Assembly: GCA_002103075.1 (NCBI GenBank)
Contig: DABG01000018.1
Coordinates: forward strand, 400,836-464,835
From: Candidatus Gastranaerophilales bacterium HUM_9
Lineage (GTDB): Bacteria; Cyanobacteriota; Vampirovibrionia; Gastranaerophilales; Gastranaerophilaceae
Reading direction: 5' to 3'
DNA: 64,000 nt
Each line of letters opens with the position of its first letter. The first letter of the stretch is position 1. The notes beneath the pieces are model-generated. The model was given only the letters and a program-made list of their open reading frames with translations. It was not told where the DNA came from and searched no databases. This document shows, in pieces, positions 27,660 through 36,423 of this stretch. The position numbers and the translations under genes were made by a program.

Positions 27660-28095
27660 TTGTCATTGTGAAGCTCAAACATAGTTTGAGCTGTGGCAAT
27701 CCATAAACAAACGGTTCTGCAAATTGTAGGTTGGGGTTTCCACCCCAACAAAAATATTCACATGTTCAGGGGGATTCTTCGGTCGTTGCACTCCCTCTGA
27801 ATGACAGTCTGGGTGCGTCATTCAGAGCGTGCTGTAAATATTCTGTGTCGCAAGCGTGGAATCTCTGTAAACAGTAACCGTCATTGCGAACGATTGAATG
27901 GTATGTAATGTATTAAGTGTGGCAATCCATAATTCAACGGTTTTGCAAATTGTAGGTTGGGGTTTCCACCCCAACAAAATATTCACATGTTCAGGGGGAT
28001 TCTTCGGTCGTTGCACTCCCTCTGAATGACAGTCTGGGTGCGTCATTCAGAGCGTGCTGTAATTATTTTTGTAACGCAAGCGTGGAATCCCTGCA
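27660..28095. repeat. Mosaic repeat cluster E: two tandem copies of a composite of about 220 bp
   Basis: aaattgtaggttggggtttccaccccaaca occurs at 27721 and again at about 27947. Each copy has the order W-unit, G hairpin, S module, R module. Confidence 0.92.
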
Positions 28096-28388
28096 AGCAC
28101 AAAAAATTTGAAATTATTCTCTTGAACTATAATCAATCAATACAGCAACAAACCTTAAACAACATGGATATAATTACAAAGAATTAGTTATAAAGAATTA
28201 TCTATGTAACAGAACGTTACATTTTTAAGCTCTGAAAAGTACCAGTTTAACAGGGTTTTTTATAACTTATGGTAAAAACTTTATAGAAAAATATTGAAAT
28301 TATGCTATGTTGTTGGTATAAATGAGAAAGTTCTATATATTTTTATATAGTTCTAAAGTATTATAAGAAAAAAGTAAAGGATTTAATT

Positions 28389-30077
28389 ATGTCATTACCA
28401 AATGTAGCATACTTCTCAATGGAGATTGCACTTGACCAATCACTAAACACATATTCAGGTGGTTTAGGATTTTTAGCAGGTTCACACATGTTATCAGCAG
28501 GCTATTTGCAAATGCCTATGGTTGGGGTAACAATGTTGTGGTCTTATGGTTATTACGACCAAAGAATTGATCATTCAGGAAACGTAGAAGTTGCTTATAT
28601 CAGAAAGTACTACGATTTCTTAACAGATTTAGACGTAACCGTTGAAGTTGAAACATTCGGCGAAAAAGTAAAAGTTAAAGCATACAAAGTAGAAGCTGAC
28701 TTGTTCGGTGCTTGTCCTGTATACTTGTTGACTACAGATATCGAAGGCAACAGCGAATGGGCTAGAAGAATTTCTCACAGATTGTATGATGGAGATGAAA
28801 GAATCAGAATCGCACAAGAAACAGTTCTTGGTGTAGCTGGTATCAGAGTTCTTCAAGCAGTAGGATATGATTTTGATGTTGTTCACATGAACGAAGGTCA
28901 CGCACTTCCTGCAGCATTTGAAATGTTAAGACAATATGACGGTGACTTAGAAAAAGTTAAAAGAAAAACTGTATTCACAACTCACACACCAGTTGCTGCT
29001 GGTAACGAAGTTCACTGGGTAGACACTTTATTACAAGGTGGTTTCTTTGCTGGTGCATCAAGAGAAAGAGCTGTTGAATTAGGTGGTGAAAACTTCTCAT
29101 TGACAGTTGCAGCTTTGAGAATGTCAAGAATTGCTAACGCTGTATCACAATTACACGGCTTAGTAGCTAACAAGATGTGGGAATGGGTTGATGGAAGATG
29201 TCCTATCAGAGCTATCACCAACGCTGTTAACCTACATTATTGGCAAGATAAGAGAATTTCAGGTGATGATTCATCAGAAAAACTTCTTGCTACAAAACGT
29301 GAAATGAAAAAAGAATTATTCAAGTATATTGCTAACGTAGCTGGTAAGAGATTTGACCCAGATGTATTGACTATTACTTGGGCAAGAAGATTTGCTGACT
29401 ACAAACGTGCTTGGTTAATCTTAATGGATAAAGATAGAATCAACAAGTTGTTAGACGAAAACAAAATCCAAATTATCTTTGCTGGTAAATTCCACCCAGA
29501 TGATGTTATGGGTAAAGAAATGTTCAACAAGTTGTTGAATCGTTCACATACATTGAAGAATGTTGTAGTTCTTCCTGGTTATGAACTTCAGTTGTCAGGC
29601 ATGTTAAAGAGAGGTACAGATATTTGGTTGAACACACCTCTAAGACCATTCGAAGCATCAGGTACATCAGGTATGTCAGCTAACGCTAACGGTGCTTTGC
29701 ACTTGTCTATTTTTGACGGTTGGACAGTAGAAGGTACATTCGATGGTATCAACGGTTACACTGTTGAATACGAAGGACTTGACGATGAAATGCCATGGGA
29801 AGAAAGACATTGGAAAGACCACGAATGTATTATGGATATTATCGAAAACAGAATTATCCCTACATACTACAACAACAAAGAAGAATGGGCTAGAATGATG
29901 CGTCAAGCAATCAGAACAGCTAATGCATACTTCAACTCTGACAGAATGGTTGTAGAATACTATAACAGATTGTACAAACCAATCGCTCACGATGATGTAT
30001 GTTCAGAAGAAAAGAAAGAATTAAATTTCACAGAAATCCCAGCTTGTGATGCTTGGACTTATTCAAACATTAAGTAG
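28389..30077 (+). CDS. GT35 alpha-glucan phosphorylase-family protein (short form) with Ser in place of the PLP-binding Lys
   Basis: YFSMEIAL, YSGGLGFLAG and the C-terminal PFEASGTSGMSANANGALHLSIFDGW are present. The canonical text is EASGTSGMK. Confidence 0.85.
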   Translation: MSLPNVAYFSMEIALDQSLNTYSGGLGFLAGSHMLSAGYLQMPMVGVTMLWSYGYYDQRIDHSGNVEVAYIRKYYDFLTDLDVTVEVETFGEKVKVKAYKVEADLFGACPVYLLTTDIEGNSEWARRISHRLYDGDERIRIAQETVLGVAGIRVLQAVGYDFDVVHMNEGHALPAAFEMLRQYDGDLEKVKRKTVFTTHTPVAAGNEVHWVDTLLQGGFFAGASRERAVELGGENFSLTVAALRMSRIANAVSQLHGLVANKMWEWVDGRCPIRAITNAVNLHYWQDKRISGDDSSEKLLATKREMKKELFKYIANVAGKRFDPDVLTITWARRFADYKRAWLILMDKDRINKLLDENKIQIIFAGKFHPDDVMGKEMFNKLLNRSHTLKNVVVLPGYELQLSGMLKRGTDIWLNTPLRPFEASGTSGMSANANGALHLSIFDGWTVEGTFDGINGYTVEYEGLDDEMPWEERHWKDHECIMDIIENRIIPTYYNNKEEWARMMRQAIRTANAYFNSDRMVVEYYNRLYKPIAHDDVCSEEKKELNFTEIPACDAWTYSNIK

Positions 30078-30102
30078 TTAGGATTTTGAATATAACTTCT
30101 GA

Positions 30103-30137
30103 GGACAGAGAACCAATTTGGTTCTCTGTCCTTTTTT
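30103..30137 (+). terminator. Rho-independent terminator of the phosphorylase gene
   Basis: A 12-bp stem ggacagagaacc/ggttctctgtcc with loop aattt, followed by T6. Confidence 0.85.
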
Positions 30138-30194
30138 GTGAAATTGTCAGTAAGTATAGCAATTCAATGCAAAACAATTTACTTGACATGTATA

Positions 30195-30333
30195 ATTGCG
30201 AGGAGTGAAACGATGTGGCAATCCATAAACCAACTGTTATGCATGTTTAGGGAGATCCTGAAATGAATTCAGGATGACATCAAAATCAAATATAATATGT
30301 CATTCCGAACTTGTTTCGGAATCCCTGCAAACA
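30195..30333. repeat. Mosaic extragenic palindromic repeat cluster F
   Basis: Contains attgcgaggagtgaaacgatgtggcaatccataaacc, gagATCCTGAAatgaaTTCAGGATgac and gtcATTCCGAActtgtTTCGGAATccctgc. Confidence 0.88.
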
Positions 30334-30439
30334 AAAACTTTATTACCCTTTGTAAATATATATATTAAAAATGAACAATTCTTTTAATAAAAGAATAAAA
30401 TACCTTATACCATCACGCATAAAATATTAAAGTTTTTAA

Positions 30440-30766
30440 TTATCTATTCCTCATCTTAATAAAATCCATAAATGAATCGTCTTTTTCCAACTCAGGATTT
30501 GTTCTAAGCAACCAATCCTGTAAGAACTTTTTGTTAGCCAAATGAACCTTGCTCAAACTGACATACGCTTGGTGGTTTGCAGTTGTTATAGACTTGACAA
30601 ATTTGGGAATATAGTAAATAATAAAAATAGCAGGGTGGCACTTCGCCAAAAGTGTCAAGTACTCTGTAAGAGGTTTAAATGGTTCTTATCTTTTGGGGTA
30701 AGAGCCGTTTTTTATTATGTATAAAATTAAAAATAACATTATTAGAGTTAAATTTAAGTTTTCCAT
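30440..30766 (-). pseudogene. Unknown ORF interrupted by one in-frame TAA (possible pseudogene, or two small ORFs)
   Basis: aggagacatt precedes the ATG at 30766. After 26 codons (MENLNLTLIMLFLILYIIKNGSYPKR) there is a TAA at 30688..30686, and the same frame continues for 82 more codons to 30440. Confidence 0.35.
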
Positions 30767-31160
30767 AATGTCTCCTTTCTAGTCAGGAACCAACCTGAGG
30801 TTTAAATATTGATGTGGTTGTTCCGTTTCGAAAAGAGTACTTTATCTTGGATTATTGCTTCACACTATGCAGTCGCTCACTGCATTTGCTATCGCAAATT
30901 TGTGTTCGCTTTGCTCCGTGATACTTCGAGTTTCGCTTCGCTCACTCTACGCAAAATCCGCTTTACCCTGCATAATTATTTTAATATATTTCCTGTTTTT
31001 TGTCTAATCTCTTAATATCTTTAATTAGTTTATAGAAAATTGTAACTAACGTTGATTTATTTGTAAATTTTTATTAATATAGTAGTAGCATGATGGCAAA
31101 AAATTCTATTATTATTTTTCTTATTAATAAGAAATAATATAAATATAAGGGGCGTTCTGT

Positions 31161-34100
31161 ATGAAAATTAATGAGTCTAATTCAATTAAAAAAGTTTCTT
31201 TTCAAGGACATCAACACGAGAAAACCGAGTCAGGGGAAGAGGCTTACAGATTTAACTGCCTTTATGACAAGAACAAATATGATTGTGAAGTCCAGTTTTT
31301 CAAGGTTGGACAAGATAAAAAGAACAATTTCTTCATAGAAAAAGGTTGTAATGGTACTATGGAGCCATTTTATAGCGCAGAAGTTGGCGATCATGGGGTT
31401 CAAGTTGATGCAGATTATGACCTAGACTTACAAAAGAACGAACCATTTGCATATAGATTTAAGTTGAAATCAAAAGACGGTAGCAAAACCGAGTATCCAC
31501 AATCAAACGGGTTCACAATTGACGGTTGTTCAGTTATCACACGTCGTGGAACCTCTGTTACTAAGCAAGGTCCTATGTATTTGACTATCGCTGATACCTT
31601 TAACCCAGGGTATGTTTACGCTGGGTTCAATGATGCTGATACAGGTAAAATTAAAGGTATGGAAACAGCGGACAAACGAAAAGTAGTCGCTGATAAAGTA
31701 CGTAATTCAAACCGTACTTTCTCAAACACTATCGGTGGTACTATGGCAGGTATTGAAGTTAAAGTTCCTGAACTTAGAAAAGCTGGTTTCAAAAGAATTA
31801 TCACTTGTCCATTAAAGGGTGGTGACAACGCATCATCTCACAAATATTGGAACGAAAACAACTTCTTAATGGCAGGTGGAATTGGTAACATAAATAACTA
31901 TAACTCATTGCAACGTACAGCGTTTAAACACGGTATGAACCTTGTTGATGATGGTACGTTTACATCTGAGGGTTTGCAAGGGGTACACTTCCAACGTGCA
32001 ATCAAATGGATGGATCCAGATAACAAACCTGATGAATACTATATGTTCAGAATGTCAGGGCTACAAGATGATAGTCTTGGTTTAGGTGTTGTTCCTGAAA
32101 ACTATGAGAATATGAGATTAAAGGTTGTAAATGGTGTTTCTGATTATGAAAAACAATCAGATGGTCAATATAAAATTGTAAAAAATAAAGATTACAACCC
32201 AAAACAACCTACATATATTCAATTATATGATGATACCATGGTTTCAGACGAACAAAGAGCTGATAAAACTCACGTTATCACACAGTATGACAAAGTTAAT
32301 TCAGACAGTAGTTTGAGTGCTAATACTCACGATGATACGCCTGTACCATACACATTTGAAGCAACAAATCCTTATGAATTGGATAAGAATATCAAGAGTC
32401 TTAATGAAGTGAATAAAATGAGAGGTTCATCTGAAAGAATTGACAAAGATTCACCTGCTGGAGCTATGTTCTTAGGTTCATTATCAAACATTAAGATTGC
32501 ACCTAAAGAAGAGGGCGGATTTGTTTGTTGGGACGCTAACACAGATATGGTTAAGATGAACTACTTCACGTCAAACTATGATGATGAGTTATTGGCATCA
32601 GAAAAAGACCCTGCTAAACGTGCTATTGAAATGGATAAATATAGACGTGCAAATTATCAGGTTCAAGATATGACACTTGCTGCAGGTCGTTATTGGACAA
32701 AAGAAGTTAGAAACACACACAACGAATATGTTGCTAAAACTATCGGTGAAATTTCATCTAACCCAACAAAAGCATTTAACAGAATTGATTCTATTTTGAA
32801 TTCACAAAACCCTGATAAACCAGTTCTTCCAGAAGACGTAAGAGTTTCAAAAGCTGTTGTAGAAAATGTTCTTAATGGTGATTATATAATGCGTGAAAAA
32901 TCAGATAATTATGATGATTTGGTTAATTCTGCAATTATGGACTTGCCACTTGATTCATTAGAATTTGCTAATGATACAGCAGGTGCGTTGTCATCACCTT
33001 ATATTTCAAAGCGTTCTACAGATGAAGAACATCTTGGTCAAACAAGATTTGAGTCTATTAATGACCCAAGTTTCAAGGTTGATAAAAAATATGCAAAAAC
33101 TTTTAATAAGATGAACGATGTTTACACAAAAGACATCAAGGGTTTTGCAGACAAAGTTTTGAACCAAGTTAATGAAAACTCAAAAGAAAAATTATTTGAT
33201 GAAGAGGGTGAAGTTACTGAATACGGACAATATGTAATTCCTCTAGTTGCTGGCGATATTGCAAAATATGCGTTGGTAAAATCATTGATGCCATCAGTTA
33301 AGGCTAAACAAATCGAAGGTGGCGAAATCGCTTATGATTATGACACAATGCGAGAAGAAGGAACACTTAGAAATCTTGGTATCAACGGCGATTCTCAAGA
33401 GGACGAAGCTAATCAGGTTGTTAATAAGATTAGCAAGGGTGTAAACCTTTTGAAATCAAGCGATGTTGATTTTGTATCAAAATCAATTAATAAACGTATC
33501 CAAAATACTAATGCTAACAGTTTTAAGTTGGCAGAGGTTATGGTAGACCGTTCAGGTTTAGGTTTGGACTGGAGATTAGATGCGGCAAAAGACGTTGCAG
33601 ATATGGATTCAGTTAGAAATATGGATCAAACTTTTGACAAGGCTTGGGATAATGTGGTTAAATTCTGGGGTAACTTTGTTGATACAGTTAAGGAAGAAAA
33701 CCCTAATTCTTATCTTGTTGCAGAAATTACTGACGTTGGCGATTTGATTAAGAGCCAACCTGATGATAAATCTGATTTGAAATATAATTCAGAAGAAAAA
33801 TCAATGAACTCATTATTTAATGTTGCAGGTATTACATCTGAGGCAAACTATTCATATTTCTTTGACGGAATTACAAGTATGTTTGCAAAAGATTTTACTA
33901 ACGGTAATGATAATGTTGGTAATAACGATAACGCAAGAGTTGGCAAGTTGGAAGATTCTATCTCTAGATTTGTTAAAATGCCATTGGATTACCAAAGAAA
34001 CTCTTATGTGTTCGCAAGCAATCACGATAAGCCACGTATGATACACTTTATGTCAATGGATATGGGGTTGTATCATTCTGATTTAAAAGTTGGTAAAGAT

Positions 34101-35468
34101 AATGATAGAAAAATCGCATATATGATTACTCATGATAAGATGGATATTCCTAAAAATGAAGAGGATAAAATACTTCATGATCCTGATATGTTCAACAATG
34201 TGAGTGCAAAGGCTGTTGCAAATGGTGCTTTGTTGAGAAACAGTATTGGTGCTATCAATGAACAAATGAAGCAACAAGAACTTAGAAAGATAGATAAATC
34301 TGATAAATCAGAACATGAAAAGAATGTAGAACGAGAAAATACTCATAAGAAATACGATGCGATTTATTCAGCGTTGTCTGGAGCTGTTGCAGACGTAGTA
34401 AATGGCAAATATTATAAGAACGAAGATGAATCAAAGACTAATAAGACACCTGATTCAATCAAGAAAATCAATGAAAAAGACGGTTTTGGTTCAAAACCTA
34501 TTCCTACAGCGTTTGATATTGTGTATGATCAGGCTGTACATTCTAAAAAACTTGATGAATTGTTATCAGGTGATGAAAAAGAAGCATATAAAGATGCTGT
34601 TTATATGAAAGCAACTGAGGTTGGTCGAGCAAAGACAAGAATTATCACAAGATATTTAAGTGCATTGTCAGGTAACCCTACAATTTATGCAGGTGATGAA
34701 GGCTTGGCTATGACAGGGGCTGAGGATAAGTGTCAAAACACATTCTTACAAAACCGTAATGCATTAGATTGGTCGTTGGTTGATAAAGATAGCCCAAATG
34801 CTAATAAAGACGTTCAAAACTTTATGAACGATATGTTTGGAATCACAAGGGTAAGAATGGACGATAACGGTAATAAGATGGAAGCATTGAACAATGGTAC
34901 AATGACAAAACTTGTTACTCAAAATAGATACATTTTTGCCGATAAACATAATGATAACAAGCAATGTCCTGCGGTTATTTATCAAGCAGGTAATGGGGCA
35001 ATGAGTGTGTCTTTATTTAATCCAAACGGTATTACAACTGCTCAAAATGTAAGCCCAGATGATTTACACCCAAATCAATTTACACTAGAGGGCGGTATCA
35101 ACTTGGAACAAGATGTTAAAGGTAGACGTGAAAAGATTAGCTTGACACCTGGAACTGAGTTTAAGAATGCGAATAATCCTGACTATAATTATCGAGTATT
35201 TGAACATGACGGTAATTATTGCATAAAACAGATTGATTCAAATGGTAAGGAATCAGGTATTGAGTTGAATGAAAAGACAGCTCCTGATGGGGTATTGATG
35301 TTGTACCACGTACCTGAGGATATCGCAAACGAACGTAGTGAAATGGCAGAAACAAAGAAACGTGAATATTATAATAAACAACATAATATTATGCCAAACG
35401 GCGGTTATCAAAGTTCTGTAGATGAAGGAGAAACAGGACATAACTTGAATGTAACATCAGAAGAATAA
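31161..35468 (+). CDS. Giant (1435 aa) GH13 alpha-amylase-superfamily protein with a very large insertion
   Basis: GH13 region II GLDWRLDAAKD (Asp807), region III LVAEITD (Glu855) and region IV FASNHDKPR (Asp956) are present, along with the beta1-2 text GGTMAGIEVKVPELRKAGFKRIITCP. There is no signal peptide. The N-terminus is MKINESNS. Confidence 0.8.
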   Translation: MKINESNSIKKVSFQGHQHEKTESGEEAYRFNCLYDKNKYDCEVQFFKVGQDKKNNFFIEKGCNGTMEPFYSAEVGDHGVQVDADYDLDLQKNEPFAYRFKLKSKDGSKTEYPQSNGFTIDGCSVITRRGTSVTKQGPMYLTIADTFNPGYVYAGFNDADTGKIKGMETADKRKVVADKVRNSNRTFSNTIGGTMAGIEVKVPELRKAGFKRIITCPLKGGDNASSHKYWNENNFLMAGGIGNINNYNSLQRTAFKHGMNLVDDGTFTSEGLQGVHFQRAIKWMDPDNKPDEYYMFRMSGLQDDSLGLGVVPENYENMRLKVVNGVSDYEKQSDGQYKIVKNKDYNPKQPTYIQLYDDTMVSDEQRADKTHVITQYDKVNSDSSLSANTHDDTPVPYTFEATNPYELDKNIKSLNEVNKMRGSSERIDKDSPAGAMFLGSLSNIKIAPKEEGGFVCWDANTDMVKMNYFTSNYDDELLASEKDPAKRAIEMDKYRRANYQVQDMTLAAGRYWTKEVRNTHNEYVAKTIGEISSNPTKAFNRIDSILNSQNPDKPVLPEDVRVSKAVVENVLNGDYIMREKSDNYDDLVNSAIMDLPLDSLEFANDTAGALSSPYISKRSTDEEHLGQTRFESINDPSFKVDKKYAKTFNKMNDVYTKDIKGFADKVLNQVNENSKEKLFDEEGEVTEYGQYVIPLVAGDIAKYALVKSLMPSVKAKQIEGGEIAYDYDTMREEGTLRNLGINGDSQEDEANQVVNKISKGVNLLKSSDVDFVSKSINKRIQNTNANSFKLAEVMVDRSGLGLDWRLDAAKDVADMDSVRNMDQTFDKAWDNVVKFWGNFVDTVKEENPNSYLVAEITDVGDLIKSQPDDKSDLKYNSEEKSMNSLFNVAGITSEANYSYFFDGITSMFAKDFTNGNDNVGNNDNARVGKLEDSISRFVKMPLDYQRNSYVFASNHDKPRMIHFMSMDMGLYHSDLKVGKDNDRKIAYMITHDKMDIPKNEEDKILHDPDMFNNVSAKAVANGALLRNSIGAINEQMKQQELRKIDKSDKSEHEKNVERENTHKKYDAIYSALSGAVADVVNGKYYKNEDESKTNKTPDSIKKINEKDGFGSKPIPTAFDIVYDQAVHSKKLDELLSGDEKEAYKDAVYMKATEVGRAKTRIITRYLSALSGNPTIYAGDEGLAMTGAEDKCQNTFLQNRNALDWSLVDKDSPNANKDVQNFMNDMFGITRVRMDDNGNKMEALNNGTMTKLVTQNRYIFADKHNDNKQCPAVIYQAGNGAMSVSLFNPNGITTAQNVSPDDLHPNQFTLEGGINLEQDVKGRREKISLTPGTEFKNANNPDYNYRVFEHDGNYCIKQIDSNGKESGIELNEKTAPDGVLMLYHVPEDIANERSEMAETKKREYYNKQHNIMPNGGYQSSVDEGETGHNLNVTSEE

Positions 35469-35489
35469 ATACAAGGATTTTAGACAAAA

Positions 35490-35521
35490 GGGCGGTGCGT
35501 TGAAAACGCACCGCCCTTTTG
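35490..35521. terminator. Bidirectional rho-independent terminator between convergent genes
   Basis: Stem gggcggtgcg/cgcaccgccc with loop ttgaaaa, flanked by an A-run and a T-run. Confidence 0.85.
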
Positions 35522-35538
35522 TATTTATAATTTTAAAG

Positions 35539-36402
35539 TTATAATTTTTTTCTTAGATAATTTCTAGGTTGAGATAAAACGTCGCTGTCTTGACGACGGA
35601 TACTTTTGTAGTAGTTTTTTAGATATGTGAATGGTAATTTAGGCAACCATGTAAAGTTCATTATGACAGAAACTGCATCTCCACCTTTTGCAAACATTAG
35701 TTCATCAATTGTTGCTTCATAAGCTGGTGATAATGATGAGAACAGTTTAAGTACATAGTCTGTAAAGGTTAAAACTGTATAGCCAGATGCAGCACTCGTT
35801 TTCACCATTATTTCACCTAGTGAATTTCCGTCTTCTTCTTCTGATGGCTTAACCTCAAAATTAATACCATCTTCTTTTGCAATCGCTAATTTGTACCATT
35901 CGCCTTGATATTGCAAAACAAGTGTCCCTTCTTTAGGAATAAATATTGTATCGAAATCGTTGCGCAGTACAATATTGCCAGATAAATCTATCAAACCATA
36001 TTTATAATTTTTACAAGTGATAAAAAAATCTTTTGAGATACGTTCAATTAATGAATATTCAGGTGGGATAATTATCTTTCCATTATCATCATATACGCCA
36101 TAATCATTGTCATTCCCAAGTTTAACGAGATTTTGTGCAACTCTATCTGCCCAACGATATTTCGGTTTGATAATGTATTCACCTTTGTGGTTCATTATTC
36201 CATATTTGTGTTTATATTGAACAATCCACGCATTTTCGCCTAATTTGATTATTTTTGAATATTCAGGCTTTGTGATTTCAGTATTTTCAAGTTTTAATCC
36301 GAAATTTTTCTTATAGCAGTATACTTCTGGTCTTACGCTATCTGCATAAGCCATAGAAGTTAGCGAAATTAGTACTAATAATGTCAATAATCCCTTTTTC
36401 AT
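35539..36402 (-). CDS. WG-repeat (KWG-like) secreted protein
   Basis: The signal peptide is MKKGLLTLLVLISLTSMAYA. Repeats KYGIMNHKGEYIIKPKY, DYGVYDDNGKIIIPPEY and KYGLIDLSGNIVLRNDF follow. Confidence 0.7.
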   Translation of the reverse strand: MKKGLLTLLVLISLTSMAYADSVRPEVYCYKKNFGLKLENTEITKPEYSKIIKLGENAWIVQYKHKYGIMNHKGEYIIKPKYRWADRVAQNLVKLGNDNDYGVYDDNGKIIIPPEYSLIERISKDFFITCKNYKYGLIDLSGNIVLRNDFDTIFIPKEGTLVLQYQGEWYKLAIAKEDGINFEVKPSEEEDGNSLGEIMVKTSAASGYTVLTFTDYVLKLFSSLSPAYEATIDELMFAKGGDAVSVIMNFTWLPKLPFTYLKNYYKSIRRQDSDVLSQPRNYLRKKL

Positions 36403-36423
36403 AAAAGCATTTTAGCATAAAAA

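Noticed and set aside
27545-28046. ORFs 27545..27751(-) and 27822..28046(-), which encode similar peptides (LGWKPQPTIC.TV..WIAT)
   Set aside because: They lie entirely within the tandem mosaic repeat cluster E, and their similarity simply reflects the DNA repeat. They have no SD, and the same text occurs in other intergenic clusters in both orientations.
27660-28095. Possible CRISPR array, suggested by the repeated palindromic units
   Set aside because: There is no series of equal-length direct repeats separated by unique spacers. The units are heterogeneous modules in mixed orientation, dispersed over at least 11 loci. No cas genes are in the window.
30809-31015. ORF 30809..31015(+), 68 aa
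   Set aside because: It lies in degenerate repeat-like DNA (gcttcgctcac, ggattattgcttcac), with no SD and a Cys/Phe-rich nonsense-like translation.
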